DNA of 38,571 nucleotides. Source: a virus. Its lineage: Duplodnaviria; Heunggongvirae; Uroviricota; Caudoviricetes. Both the position numbers and the translations under genes were made by a program. This document shows, piece after piece, positions 8,967 to 20,281 of the stretch. The stretch lies in the IMG/VR virus record IMGVR_UViG_2541047961_000008, one strand, 5' to 3'. The notes below the pieces were generated by a model. It did not search any database, was not told the origin of the DNA, and saw nothing but the letters and a program-made list of their open reading frames with translations. How positions within the stretch are numbered: position 1 is the stretch's first letter; each line of letters opens with the position of its first letter.

Positions 8967-9278
8967 ATGACGACACCAACCAGACGGATAAGTTTCTATC
9001 TGAAGCCCGCCGCCGTCAAGAACGAAGGCGAAGCATGCGCCTGGCTGGACAGCCTTACACCAGAAGCCCGCAAAAGCGGCCAACGCGTGGCTTTTCTGGC
9101 CGGGCTGGCACTTCTGAAAATGAATCCGGCAGAGGCTTACCGACTGGCTGCATGGGCTGATGATGAAGCGTTATCAGTGACACAAACCAGAGCAGAACGC
9201 CCTGCGACACCTCCAACGCCAACCACACAGATAACCAGCCAGATGGCCGGGAATATCCGGGCGTTATTTCCCGAATAA
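8967..9278 (+). CDS. parR: ParR/StbB-like centromere-binding adaptor
   Basis: 103 aa directly downstream of parM; RRISFYLKP...LDSLTPEARKSG...AFLAGLAL resembles the R1 ParR N-terminal RHH region as I recall it. Confidence 0.7.
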   Translation: MTTPTRRISFYLKPAAVKNEGEACAWLDSLTPEARKSGQRVAFLAGLALLKMNPAEAYRLAAWADDEALSVTQTRAERPATPPTPTTQITSQMAGNIRALFPE

Positions 9279-9330
9279 CACAACATCAGGGCGCATCCGC
9301 CCTGATGCCAACGCGCTAAAGGATAGTGAT

Positions 9331-11463
<2,133 letters not shown>

Positions 11464-11563
11464 ATGGATTGGTGTGCTGCTGTTCATGATATGAATGCCG
11501 GATTTGATGAAACGATTTTGTTCCCCTCGTCAGTTGAAAGCACAGCAGGATAAGGACTAACAC

Positions 11564-11923
11564 ATGACTACTTTTACCGACAAAGAACTGATTAAAGAAA
11601 TCAAAGAGCGCATAGGCAGCCTGGACGTTCGAGACAATATTGAGCGTCGTGCTTATGAAATTGCACTGGCATCGCTGGAAGCAGAGCCTGTAGCGGAATG
11701 CATTATTGAAGATGGGGGTATGTGTGTTGACGGGTTCGGTGAGTATGTGGGTCACTCGCTGCCTGATGGAACGCACCAGCTTTACACCACCCCGCCAGCG
11801 CAGGTAGTGCCGGATGAAATGTATTGGCAGGATGCGCCAGTTGAAGGCAGCAGCAAAGCGGCTGCATACGCTACAGGCTGGAACGCCTGCCGCGCAGCCA
11901 TGCTTCGTAATGAAAATATTTAA
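11564..11923 (+). CDS. Hypothetical protein (119 aa)
   Basis: Good RBS aagga; N-terminus MTTFTDKE resembles that of the IS-disrupted upstream gene (MTTLTKKE), suggesting paralogy. Confidence 0.55.
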   Translation: MTTFTDKELIKEIKERIGSLDVRDNIERRAYEIALASLEAEPVAECIIEDGGMCVDGFGEYVGHSLPDGTHQLYTTPPAQVVPDEMYWQDAPVEGSSKAAAYATGWNACRAAMLRNENI

Positions 11924-12202
11924 TTAGAATTTTCAAAAGGAGACTATGCGTGAGAGGAATAAATATGCCGTTACAGGTTGAAGTCGAGGGCGTACATGGA
12001 AATTATTTTCTGTCGACTTTACGGCGGATGAACGGAAGTACTCATTTTATATCTATGCGATTAACCGTGAACATGCATCGTACATAGTGGACGATATTAA
12101 ACGCACAGCAGAACTGCCCCCTGGTAATCTTGTGGGTATTGTGAAGCGTATTTAGAGCTGCCCAGCCCACAGGAAGACGCAGATTATCAGTTGTCTGCCG
12201 TT

Positions 12203-12256
12203 GAATAAGAAAACCCGGAACGGGTGCGCAAATTCTTTGTGCGCCCGTTCCGGGTT
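12203..12256 (-). terminator. Rho-independent terminator of the leftward P-Q-zinc-finger operon
   Basis: Long GC-rich hairpin (aacccggaacggg... / ...cccgttccgggtt, 12212-12256) followed on the minus strand by a T-rich tract (12203-12211). Confidence 0.6.
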
Positions 12257-12497
12257 GGACAAGCGAAGCGCGTCAGTCGCCGTAGCCAGGGTGAATCCAC
12301 ATCACAAACAAGTTATCGTTGAATTTAAGTTTATTAAACGTTATTTTTCGCTCGCAGACTGTATTTAAGATTTTGGGGATTCAGAGGCGGCTCCCCAAAA
12401 AAAAAGCTGATACCGCCTAGTTGGTCACTTCGTCGTCAGACTGGGACTCCAACCACGCCAGCTGAGAGGTTGGCACAATCTTCTCCCAAAAAAACCA

Positions 12498-12824
12498 CTA
12501 ACCCGCCTGCAACAACTCCAGCGCCATCTGTTTTTCTTCCGGGCGCATTCGTTCAATCAACAGCTTTAACACGCCATTCTCCAGCCCGCTGGGCACCAGT
12601 GTGTGCGAGTAGGTCAGGTTCATCACCCAGGTGTGCCCACACTCGAGACGGGCGCAACGGTAATAAACATCTGCAAAGCGATCATCTTTCCAGAAGGTCT
12701 TCTCAATCACTGCGCGTTCACCACAGCAAAAACATCGCGCTTTTTGTCTGCGCATTTTCCACCTCCCAGAGCAGCGTTTTCCTGCTGCTGATTTTACCTG
12801 CTCTTTTCGCATGTCGCACATCAC
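12498..12824 (-). CDS. Ogr/Delta-family zinc-finger protein (late-gene activator-like) with C-terminal extension
   Basis: CFCCGER...17 aa...YYRCARLECGHTW matches the Ogr CxxC...YxxCxxxxCxxT(F/W) pattern; start overlaps the portal stop (ATGA). A downstream Met (MRRQKARCF) is an alternative start. Confidence 0.65.
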   Translation of the reverse strand: MMCDMRKEQVKSAAGKRCSGRWKMRRQKARCFCCGERAVIEKTFWKDDRFADVYYRCARLECGHTWVMNLTYSHTLVPSGLENGVLKLLIERMRPEEKQMALELLQAG

Positions 12825-13855
12825 TCCGGGGGCTCATCAAATTCAAGAATAAATTTCACCTCCCCCAGTCGCCTGATATCCGGGTCACTGTTGATTCCCT
12901 CCATGATCAGGCGGCGCATCGGAATAACCTCATCCCTGTAATATGCCTCGCGGGATTTCAGTGGGTCACCAAGCCCGGCCGTATTTGCGGGAATGATGCC
13001 GGCAAGTCCGGGTGGGAAACGGTGCGCAACGAGCTGATCCTGGGCACTGATGGTTTTTATATTCAGGAACTCATCTTTTGTACCTGAATCCCCGATAGGG
13101 ATCACCTTAACGCCTTCTTTGTCTCCGCCCGGTATATTGATAAACATGGATTTAAAATTGCCCACCCCTTTTGACGCCTCTATCTTTTTACGGAATTCCG
13201 CCTCGAGCTCGGGATCCATGTCCGGGTCAGTGGAATACAGGATATAACCAAGATGTGCGCCGTTCTTGTAATACTTGCGGCGAAAGCGGGTGGCATCCAC
13301 ATTCAGCATGGCGGATTCCATCCCGTGAATATAATCCGGGACACCGTAAACCTGCTGTTGTGGGTCATAAATGGCCACGAACACCACTTCGCCTGGCTGA
13401 TAAACGAGATCTTCCAGTGCTGCCTGCACAATCACCGTGCCACCCTCGTTGTTACGCCGCAGGTACAGAGAAGGTAACGTATGCAGGCGCACCACTCGAC
13501 CGAAGCCATTGCGCACTTTAAGCAACCCCATATCCCCGAATATCAGCAGATTGGTTACTGCTGCCGCCATGGCGGCGTGTGTCATACCACCACCACCCCG
13601 AAAACCCTGCATGATCATATTGACGCGCGCACGCAATACCGCGCCGTGATACGGTGCGATATTGGACAACATGGCGAGATCCATGCGCTCAATTGGCGGC
13701 GTGTACCAACCGTTATAGCCATCCCAGAGCGAGCCGTAATAACAGCCCCATGCAGCGACCGGCTCCGGGTCACCAAATTCAATAAACGTCATTTTGCTGG
13801 CTGTTTTTTTTGCCACGCCATCGTGTAACACGGGGTATTTTTTCTTTTTACTCAT
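12821..13855 (-). CDS. Q: Portal protein (P2 gpQ-like)
   Basis: 344 aa, the same length as I recall for P2 Q; downstream of the large terminase on the same strand. Confidence 0.9.
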   Translation of the reverse strand: MSKKKKYPVLHDGVAKKTASKMTFIEFGDPEPVAAWGCYYGSLWDGYNGWYTPPIERMDLAMLSNIAPYHGAVLRARVNMIMQGFRGGGGMTHAAMAAAVTNLLIFGDMGLLKVRNGFGRVVRLHTLPSLYLRRNNEGGTVIVQAALEDLVYQPGEVVFVAIYDPQQQVYGVPDYIHGMESAMLNVDATRFRRKYYKNGAHLGYILYSTDPDMDPELEAEFRKKIEASKGVGNFKSMFINIPGGDKEGVKVIPIGDSGTKDEFLNIKTISAQDQLVAHRFPPGLAGIIPANTAGLGDPLKSREAYYRDEVIPMRRLIMEGINSDPDIRRLGEVKFILEFDEPPE

Positions 13856-15635
13856 CTGACAGGATCCATGTTGATTTGCGCTTGTGCTTATAGTTCAGGG
13901 GTTCATTACTTGCGGCATGAGCTATGGCAAAGAAGATGTCAGCGTGCCCGGTTTCTTCGCTACGTTCGGCGGTAAAAGTAACTTTATTGCCACTGTTGGT
14001 GGATTCCTGACGAATGGCCAGGAACGATGCCGGAATATCCGTAGCTTCCTCATCCCACTCAATACGGTTGGCGTAAATCAGATCCAGCATCTTCATCACC
14101 AGGCGGTTTTTGGATTCCACGCTGTAATGAATGGCCACTGTTTCACGGCGGGCAAATCCCTGAACCAGCTCAAAGACACCGTAGCCAAGACCGGTGACGT
14201 CAATGCCGATAAACGTCATGTTATAGCGTGCCTTAATGCTGCGGATACGCTCTGCCATAAACTGGAATGACATGCTGCGCCAGTGGTGTTTTTCCAGCAC
14301 GCGGAATCGTTCTGCCGCAACCAGCGGCGGTGCCAGCACAACAAATGTGGCGTTATCGCCGGAGCGCGCAGGGTCAAAGCCGCCCCAAACCTCACGGTTA
14401 CCAAATGGCATGGGCTCTTCCGGGTGAAAATCCTCCCACGTACTAACATCAACACCACAACGCACAAGATCATCGAATTTAAAGACGCTCTCTTTGTCAT
14501 CCACAAACACACACATAAACAGCATATTGAACGCTGTTTCGTTGTATCGCTCGCGCAGCTCGTTGATGTCAGCAAGGTTAAAGCCGCCGGCAATGGCATC
14601 TTCCAGCGTAACCACATAGCGCCACTGACCATCCGGACATTCACGCCCACCATCGCGCAGCTCATCAAAGGACGGAAACTCAACCCCTTTTCGTTTCGGA
14701 TCGCCTTTGCGCCATTCATCGCCAGACCAGAACGGGTAACCCTGGTGTGTTTTGGATGACGGCGTGGAGAAATAGGTAATGCGCCAGTGTTTATGGGTGG
14801 CCATCCCTGATGCCACTTCATTGAGACAGCGAAAACCGGGGATCCACAGGTATTCATCAATATACAGGTGGCCGCTGTTTGACTGCGCTGTGTTACTGTT
14901 GGTCGCCAGAAAATACAGTTCAGCCAGATTACTTAACTTAACCGGATTGCCTTTAATGGGAATGCCAAACTCTGTTTGTGCAATTTTTACAATATAAGTA
15001 CGGAACACTTCGGCCTGACGTTTTGATGCCGATAAAAATATCTGTGTGTCGCCGGTTAATACTGCATCTTCAAATGCCTCAAACGCGAAGTAATACGTCG
15101 CCCCAATCTGGCGGGATTTAAGCAGGTTGCGTACACGGCGGAATTTGTTTTCACGCAGATGCAACTGATAAGCAAACAACTTTTTCGTAAACGGCTCAAA
15201 ACTTTCAGCAGTCAGTCCGGAAACGTCATTAGCTTTGCGGGGGCGCTCTTTCTTACCTGCACCTTTTTCTCCGCGTTCTTCTTTTCCATAACGACCAGAC
15301 TGGGGAATATCCGCTCCCATTCGTTCAATCTCGGCCATTCGTTCCGTGTGCTTGTTCCTGACCGACATCAGTTTGACGTGATGACCAATCAGGCGATCGA
15401 GTTCATCGTGCTCTTCCGGCGTTTTATGATCACGCTCCGCCAGTACAGCGAGACGACGGGCGATAACATCCTCCACGCCTTCAGTATTAAGCTGTGTGTA
15501 CCACTCAAACTTTGTCGCCCAGTAATAAACAATTCGCGGGCTGTTCAGTCCGAGCTTCTTTTGTATTTCTTTTGGTGTGTGCCTTTTCAGATAGAGCGAT
15601 TTTGCAGCAGCAATCACCTCATCAGAATACGCCAT
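13848..15635 (-). CDS. P: Terminase large (ATPase) subunit (P2 gpP-like)
   Basis: 595 aa; size and position divergent from the scaffold/capsid operon as in P2. Confidence 0.9.
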   Translation of the reverse strand: MAYSDEVIAAAKSLYLKRHTPKEIQKKLGLNSPRIVYYWATKFEWYTQLNTEGVEDVIARRLAVLAERDHKTPEEHDELDRLIGHHVKLMSVRNKHTERMAEIERMGADIPQSGRYGKEERGEKGAGKKERPRKANDVSGLTAESFEPFTKKLFAYQLHLRENKFRRVRNLLKSRQIGATYYFAFEAFEDAVLTGDTQIFLSASKRQAEVFRTYIVKIAQTEFGIPIKGNPVKLSNLAELYFLATNSNTAQSNSGHLYIDEYLWIPGFRCLNEVASGMATHKHWRITYFSTPSSKTHQGYPFWSGDEWRKGDPKRKGVEFPSFDELRDGGRECPDGQWRYVVTLEDAIAGGFNLADINELRERYNETAFNMLFMCVFVDDKESVFKFDDLVRCGVDVSTWEDFHPEEPMPFGNREVWGGFDPARSGDNATFVVLAPPLVAAERFRVLEKHHWRSMSFQFMAERIRSIKARYNMTFIGIDVTGLGYGVFELVQGFARRETVAIHYSVESKNRLVMKMLDLIYANRIEWDEEATDIPASFLAIRQESTNSGNKVTFTAERSEETGHADIFFAIAHAASNEPLNYKHKRKSTWILSDE

Positions 15636-15829
15636 AAATAAACCTCACCTGCTGATGCAATTTTAATTTATGCATTTTCAGCAAAGGCTTTTTTAAAAAC
15701 GAATATCGCTTTTCGGTATTTTTCGGATATATACGCATATCCGAAAGTACCGGAAATTAATCAGATGACGACATTTTCATTTCTCCGTTAAATAACGCCA
15801 GTTTAATTTTTATCAGCGGATTAATTCAG
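15636..15829. promoter_or_regulatory. Divergent late promoter region with palindromic activator-site candidates
   Basis: AT-rich 194-bp gap between divergent P and O; 39-bp near-perfect palindrome cggtatttttcggatatatacgcatatccgaaagtaccg and a TGCA-N11-TGCA dyad. Confidence 0.45.
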
Positions 15830-16720
15830 ATGTCGAAACTGAAAACAGACTGGGTGGTCGTAGCCACTTCAGGCCCCACCATCGACGGTCGGGAAATTGA
15901 TCCAAAGTGGCTGACGGATGCCGCCGAGGTTTATAACCCGGACGAACACACCGCCATGCTCTGGCCGTTTCATGCCAGCGCCGGCTGGCGTGCTTTCACC
16001 AATAACTATGGTCTTGTTGATGCACTGAAGGCGGAAAAAGTCGGTGATAAAGTGCAGCTGAAAGCCCGCCTGATACCAAACCGCTTTCTGACCGAAGCCA
16101 ACGAGGCTGGACAAAAACTTTTCACCTCCATAGAGGTAAAGGAAAACTACCTGGGAACAGGCAAATTCTTTGTATCCGGTATCGCCGTGACTGACACACC
16201 GGCCAGCATCAACACCACCCGCCTGCAATTTTCGCAGGGAGATTCCATTCACATGGGGAATGCAGAAGAACTGAATTTCACGCTGCAGTCTGACGACGAG
16301 CAGGCCAAACGCAGTTTCTTTTCCGGCCTTTTCTCCGTGGGACGCAACAAACAGGAAAACGATATGAACGAAAAACAGTTCGGTCAGTTGATGGACGCCA
16401 TCAACAAAACCGGCGAACGCCTGGACAAACTGGAAGAAAACGTCGCGCAGTTCAGCGCGAAGAATGCCCCGAAAGATACCGGTGATAACAAGCCGGAAGG
16501 CAGCGCCGGCGATCAGGGGCAGAACAACACAGAACAGAACAACAAGGACGACAAAACCTTCACGCTGACCATCGAGCAGGGCGAAAAGCTGTTCTCCACA
16601 GTGAACGCCATCGCGGAGAAGGTTACCAGTATGGAAACCGCATTTGCTGAACTCAGCAAGGACGCCACGAAGCTGCCGGGCAACAATCCGGCCGGTGGCG
16701 AAACTTTTAACCTGGTGTAA
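15830..16720 (+). CDS. O: Capsid scaffolding protein (P2 gpO-like)
   Basis: 296 aa, first gene of the rightward head operon; acidic coiled-coil-like middle region. Confidence 0.8.
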   Translation: MSKLKTDWVVVATSGPTIDGREIDPKWLTDAAEVYNPDEHTAMLWPFHASAGWRAFTNNYGLVDALKAEKVGDKVQLKARLIPNRFLTEANEAGQKLFTSIEVKENYLGTGKFFVSGIAVTDTPASINTTRLQFSQGDSIHMGNAEELNFTLQSDDEQAKRSFFSGLFSVGRNKQENDMNEKQFGQLMDAINKTGERLDKLEENVAQFSAKNAPKDTGDNKPEGSAGDQGQNNTEQNNKDDKTFTLTIEQGEKLFSTVNAIAEKVTSMETAFAELSKDATKLPGNNPAGGETFNLV

Positions 16721-16734
16721 CCGGAGAGAACGCA

Positions 16735-17748
16735 ATGAACATGACACCAGAAGCACAAAAGCTGGTTAATCAGTACATCAGCGAACTGCAAAAAACATTC
16801 AGTGACTGCGGAAAATCAAGCGATCGTTTCTTTTCGCTGACCGAGCCACGCAGTATTGCCCTGCGTAAAGCCCTGCTGGAAAGCACGGAATTTCTGAGTT
16901 TCACCACCTGTATGGACGTTCCGCATCCGCAAGGGCAGGTCGTCACCGTGGGCGAATCCACGCTGCGCACCGGTCGCGTGAAAAGCGGTCGTTTCGCTAA
17001 AGGTTCGGGCATTAAAGGCAACGAATTTAAACTCGTTGAAACTGATTCCTGCTGTGTGATCACCTGGGAACAACTCGCCATCTGGGCGAATGCCGGCAGC
17101 CCGAAGGAATTTTTCAACCTGATGAACTCCGCCGCCGTCACCAACTTTGCGCTGGATATGCTGCGCATTGGCTTTAACGGTAAAACAGCAGCGGAAAACT
17201 CTGACCCGGAAAGTCACCCGAACGGCGAAGACGTCAACATCGGCTGGCATGAAATCGCCAAAAAATGGGGAGAACTGCCCGGCAATACCTCCCGTATTCT
17301 GACGGACGCCGTTACCCTGGGCGAAGGCGGTGATTATGTCGGCCTTGATGCCATGGCCTCAGACCTGATCCGCACTTATATCCCGGCGCAATATCACAAC
17401 GATCCTCGCCTTACTGTGCTGGTTGGCGCAGACCTTGTGGCTGCTGAAGAACTACGCCTCTACAACAAAGAGGATAAGCCTACCGAAAAAGTGGCCGCAC
17501 AGTTGCTGACGAAGAACATTGCGGGCCGCAAGGCCATCATTCCGCCGTTTATGCCGGGCAAACGTATGGTGGTGACCATGCTGCCAAACCTGCAGATCCT
17601 GACGCTGAAAGGCTCCCGCCGCCGCAAGGCAGAAGATGTGGGCGATCGCAAACAGTTCGAAAACTCATACTGGCGTTACGAGGGGTACGCCCTGGGCGAT
17701 CCGGATTTATATGCTGCCGTGGATGAGTCTGCGGTCACCATCGCCTGA
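16735..17748 (+). CDS. N: Major capsid protein (P2 gpN-like)
   Basis: 337 aa; GFNGK...NIGWHEIAKKW...GEGGDYVGLDA segment resembles my recollection of P2 N; RBS ggagag. Confidence 0.85.
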   Translation: MNMTPEAQKLVNQYISELQKTFSDCGKSSDRFFSLTEPRSIALRKALLESTEFLSFTTCMDVPHPQGQVVTVGESTLRTGRVKSGRFAKGSGIKGNEFKLVETDSCCVITWEQLAIWANAGSPKEFFNLMNSAAVTNFALDMLRIGFNGKTAAENSDPESHPNGEDVNIGWHEIAKKWGELPGNTSRILTDAVTLGEGGDYVGLDAMASDLIRTYIPAQYHNDPRLTVLVGADLVAAEELRLYNKEDKPTEKVAAQLLTKNIAGRKAIIPPFMPGKRMVVTMLPNLQILTLKGSRRRKAEDVGDRKQFENSYWRYEGYALGDPDLYAAVDESAVTIA

Positions 17749-17765
17749 TAAACGGAGCACACGGT

Positions 17766-18476
17766 ATGCCAACGCCAATGCAGCGACAACGTGCCCGACA
17801 GATGGATGAGCGCCGTGCAGTGCTCATGACCAGAACAGACGGGCGCGCCGTCAGCACAGAGAGTCAGCACATTAAGCTGCTGGCACTGGATAACGACATC
17901 AGACAACTGCACAACATGGAGCTGCTGTCTGACAAGCTGGAATTCAAGCGGAACACGCTGCTGCCCCGCTGGCTGCCACACGCACAGGCTTATCTGGAGG
18001 GGGAACGCGTCTATCAGAATCCCATTCTGGTGTACTGCATCATCTGGCTGTTCGATACCGGGCAGTTTGAGATGGCGCTGCGGTGGGCTGACATTGCCAT
18101 TGAGCAGGGACAGAAGACGCCGGAGAACTTCAAAAGCGAGCTGCCAACGTTTGTGGCCCATTTCATTCTTGAATGGGCAGAAACCGAAGCAGAACGCGGG
18201 AACAGTATCGCGCCATATTTTCAGCAGGTGTTTGAAAAAATCCGCGACAAATGGCGTGTGAATGAACGCCTTGCTGCCCGCTACTGGCGCTTTGCAGGCG
18301 TCCTGCTGCTGCGCGGTGATGACGGTAAACCGCTGGCCAGTGCAATTAATGATCCGGGGATACTGCAACAGGCCGACCAGTGTCTGGAGCGGGCTGCCTG
18401 GCTGCATCCCAAAATTCAGGTGAAGACTCTGCGCCAGCGCATTGCCGCAAGACTGCGCGCGTTGCAGGGCACGTAA
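17766..18476 (+). CDS. M: Terminase small (endonuclease) subunit (P2 gpM-like)
   Basis: 236 aa, position after the capsid gene as in P2. Confidence 0.75.
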   Translation: MPTPMQRQRARQMDERRAVLMTRTDGRAVSTESQHIKLLALDNDIRQLHNMELLSDKLEFKRNTLLPRWLPHAQAYLEGERVYQNPILVYCIIWLFDTGQFEMALRWADIAIEQGQKTPENFKSELPTFVAHFILEWAETEAERGNSIAPYFQQVFEKIRDKWRVNERLAARYWRFAGVLLLRGDDGKPLASAINDPGILQQADQCLERAAWLHPKIQVKTLRQRIAARLRALQGT

Positions 18477-18574
18477 ACGACTCCCAACAACCGGGCGGGC
18501 GCGGTGGAGGTGTGCCGGCAAAAGCCATCAGCACACTGCGGAAACCGGTCAGTCCGCCTTTCCACGGAGCAAGC

Positions 18575-19069
18575 ATGTTTGACGGGAAAAGCATTCACTA
18601 TCAGCAGGCCATTATTCAGAACGATGGATTCTGGCCGGATATTGATGCCGGTGATTTTGAAAAGAGCCGCAGCATCCCCGCCGTCACGTCACACGAAACG
18701 GTGCTGACGGCGCTGCTTTGCGCGGTGACAGAGATTAACACTGAACTGGCTGCACGCCGTGAATACTGGCAGGAACAGGGCTACATCCGGGCCACTGATA
18801 TTCCGGGTTACACCGTGTTGCAACCAGAGTCGCGCAACACGGATGCACAACCTCAACGGATGCAGAACCACATTACAGCACTGTACACCAAGGCTGTGTA
18901 TGCACGCGCAAAGGCCGATCTTTTGCCGGAATCTGCCAGCGTGGGGCGGCGCGAGGCGCAGCCCTCATCAGAAGCCAGCGAGAGCCGTCGGACGTTGCTG
19001 GCTGAAGCGGCCATGGCGGTGCGGGCACTGTTGGGCCGACCGCGCGCCTCCATTGCACTGATTGATTAA
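18575..19069 (+). CDS. L: Head completion/stabilisation protein (P2 gpL-like)
   Basis: ATG at 18575 with ggagc RBS, in frame with ORF 18380-19069; FWPDID motif resembles P2 L (FFFPDID as I recall). Confidence 0.7.
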   Translation: MFDGKSIHYQQAIIQNDGFWPDIDAGDFEKSRSIPAVTSHETVLTALLCAVTEINTELAARREYWQEQGYIRATDIPGYTVLQPESRNTDAQPQRMQNHITALYTKAVYARAKADLLPESASVGRREAQPSSEASESRRTLLAEAAMAVRALLGRPRASIALID

Positions 19070-19078
19070 GGAAATGCT

Positions 19079-19552
19079 ATGACGCAACTTGCAAGCCTGA
19101 CGGCATTCATTGAAAACAATCTGCCGGCACGCACACGCATTCCGTTCACCAGTGACATGGATGACATCACGCTCGTTCCGTTCACGAAGTCGCTGGGGCA
19201 CGGGCAGTTATGCACACAGGTTCGAAAATACACAGCCATTCTGTGCTGGGACGCATGGCCCTATCGTCAGCTAGATCCGGATTTGGTGTTTTCTCTGGTT
19301 GAAGCCTGGCTGGCAGACAACGGCGGCGACTTGCGCCAGCGCCTGGCACCGGATGCGCCAGCCGTTGACGTCGGAGTGGATGATGAAAATGAAGTGGCAT
19401 GGCTGGAAATCAGTCTGCCGCTGGTTGATCCCATCACCCTGATTGAGGACGAAAACGGTCCCATCCCCAGAGGTGGGAAACGTTACCGGCTGGAAAAGCC
19501 TGAAATCTGGGTGGCTCAGGCGCATCAACTTCACTGTCAGGTGATGCCATGA
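19079..19552 (+). CDS. Putative tail completion protein (gpR-like)
   Basis: 157 aa, between head completion and S-like genes; assigned by size and position only. Confidence 0.45.
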   Translation: MTQLASLTAFIENNLPARTRIPFTSDMDDITLVPFTKSLGHGQLCTQVRKYTAILCWDAWPYRQLDPDLVFSLVEAWLADNGGDLRQRLAPDAPAVDVGVDDENEVAWLEISLPLVDPITLIEDENGPIPRGGKRYRLEKPEIWVAQAHQLHCQVMP

Positions 19553-20262
19553 CGCGCCCCGTGATTAATGAATCACAGCTCCGGCAGGTTCGTCGCGCCA
19601 TCAGAGAGGCAGAGCTTCCGCCGGCAAAGGCCAGAAAGCTGCTGGTTCGTATTGCGAAATACGGCCTGATGCCGGCTGCACGGCGCAATGTGAAAGCACA
19701 GCGAACACCAGAGGGGGCAGCCTGGGCACCACGAAAAAGACCGGATAAAGCCCGCGGCAAGTATAAAAACAAAATGCTGCTGGGACTGCCAAAACTGCTG
19801 GCCATCAGGGTTGACAGCGACGGGAAAAGTGTCCGCCTTTTCTTCAAAAAGGGGGACTACAACACCGGATCTCATGGCGGGGCGGTAGCATGGGTGCAAC
19901 AGCACGGTGCAACCATCAAAGGCCGCGCCACAAAACGCCGGGACAACGAAGCCATGCGCACCCGCCCCGCCACACGACGACAGGCGGAGCGGCTTCTTTC
20001 TCTGGGCTTTCGGGCCCCCGTTGGCGCAGTCAGCAAAAAAACCGGACGCAGGGGACGCAGAAAGCCCTCCCTGAAATGGATTATGGAAAACATGAGTATG
20101 GCGCAGGCCGGGCTGGTGATCAGCATCCTGAAAGGCGAGCAGAAAAAGCGTGTATGGGAAATCAAAATCCCCTCCCGCGCATTTCTGGGCGCCAGCGATG
20201 CTGAATTTACCCGCATTCTGGAAGCGCAGTTGCGCAGCCTGCATTACGGCGGCACGAGATAA
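19549..20262 (+). CDS. Putative virion morphogenesis / tail completion protein (gpS / Mu gpG family)
   Basis: 237 aa, translationally coupled; assigned mainly by position before the sheath gene. Confidence 0.5.
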   Translation: MTRPVINESQLRQVRRAIREAELPPAKARKLLVRIAKYGLMPAARRNVKAQRTPEGAAWAPRKRPDKARGKYKNKMLLGLPKLLAIRVDSDGKSVRLFFKKGDYNTGSHGGAVAWVQQHGATIKGRATKRRDNEAMRTRPATRRQAERLLSLGFRAPVGAVSKKTGRRGRRKPSLKWIMENMSMAQAGLVISILKGEQKKRVWEIKIPSRAFLGASDAEFTRILEAQLRSLHYGGTR

Positions 20263-20281
20263 CAAAATCAGGAGACAAATT

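Noticed and set aside
15869-16756. 295-aa minus-strand ORF antisense to the scaffold gene (similar antisense ORFs at 17676-18521, 19573-20412, 23613-24245, 25593-26270)
   Set aside because: Antisense shadow ORFs inside well-supported structural genes in GC-rich DNA; no independent start signals.
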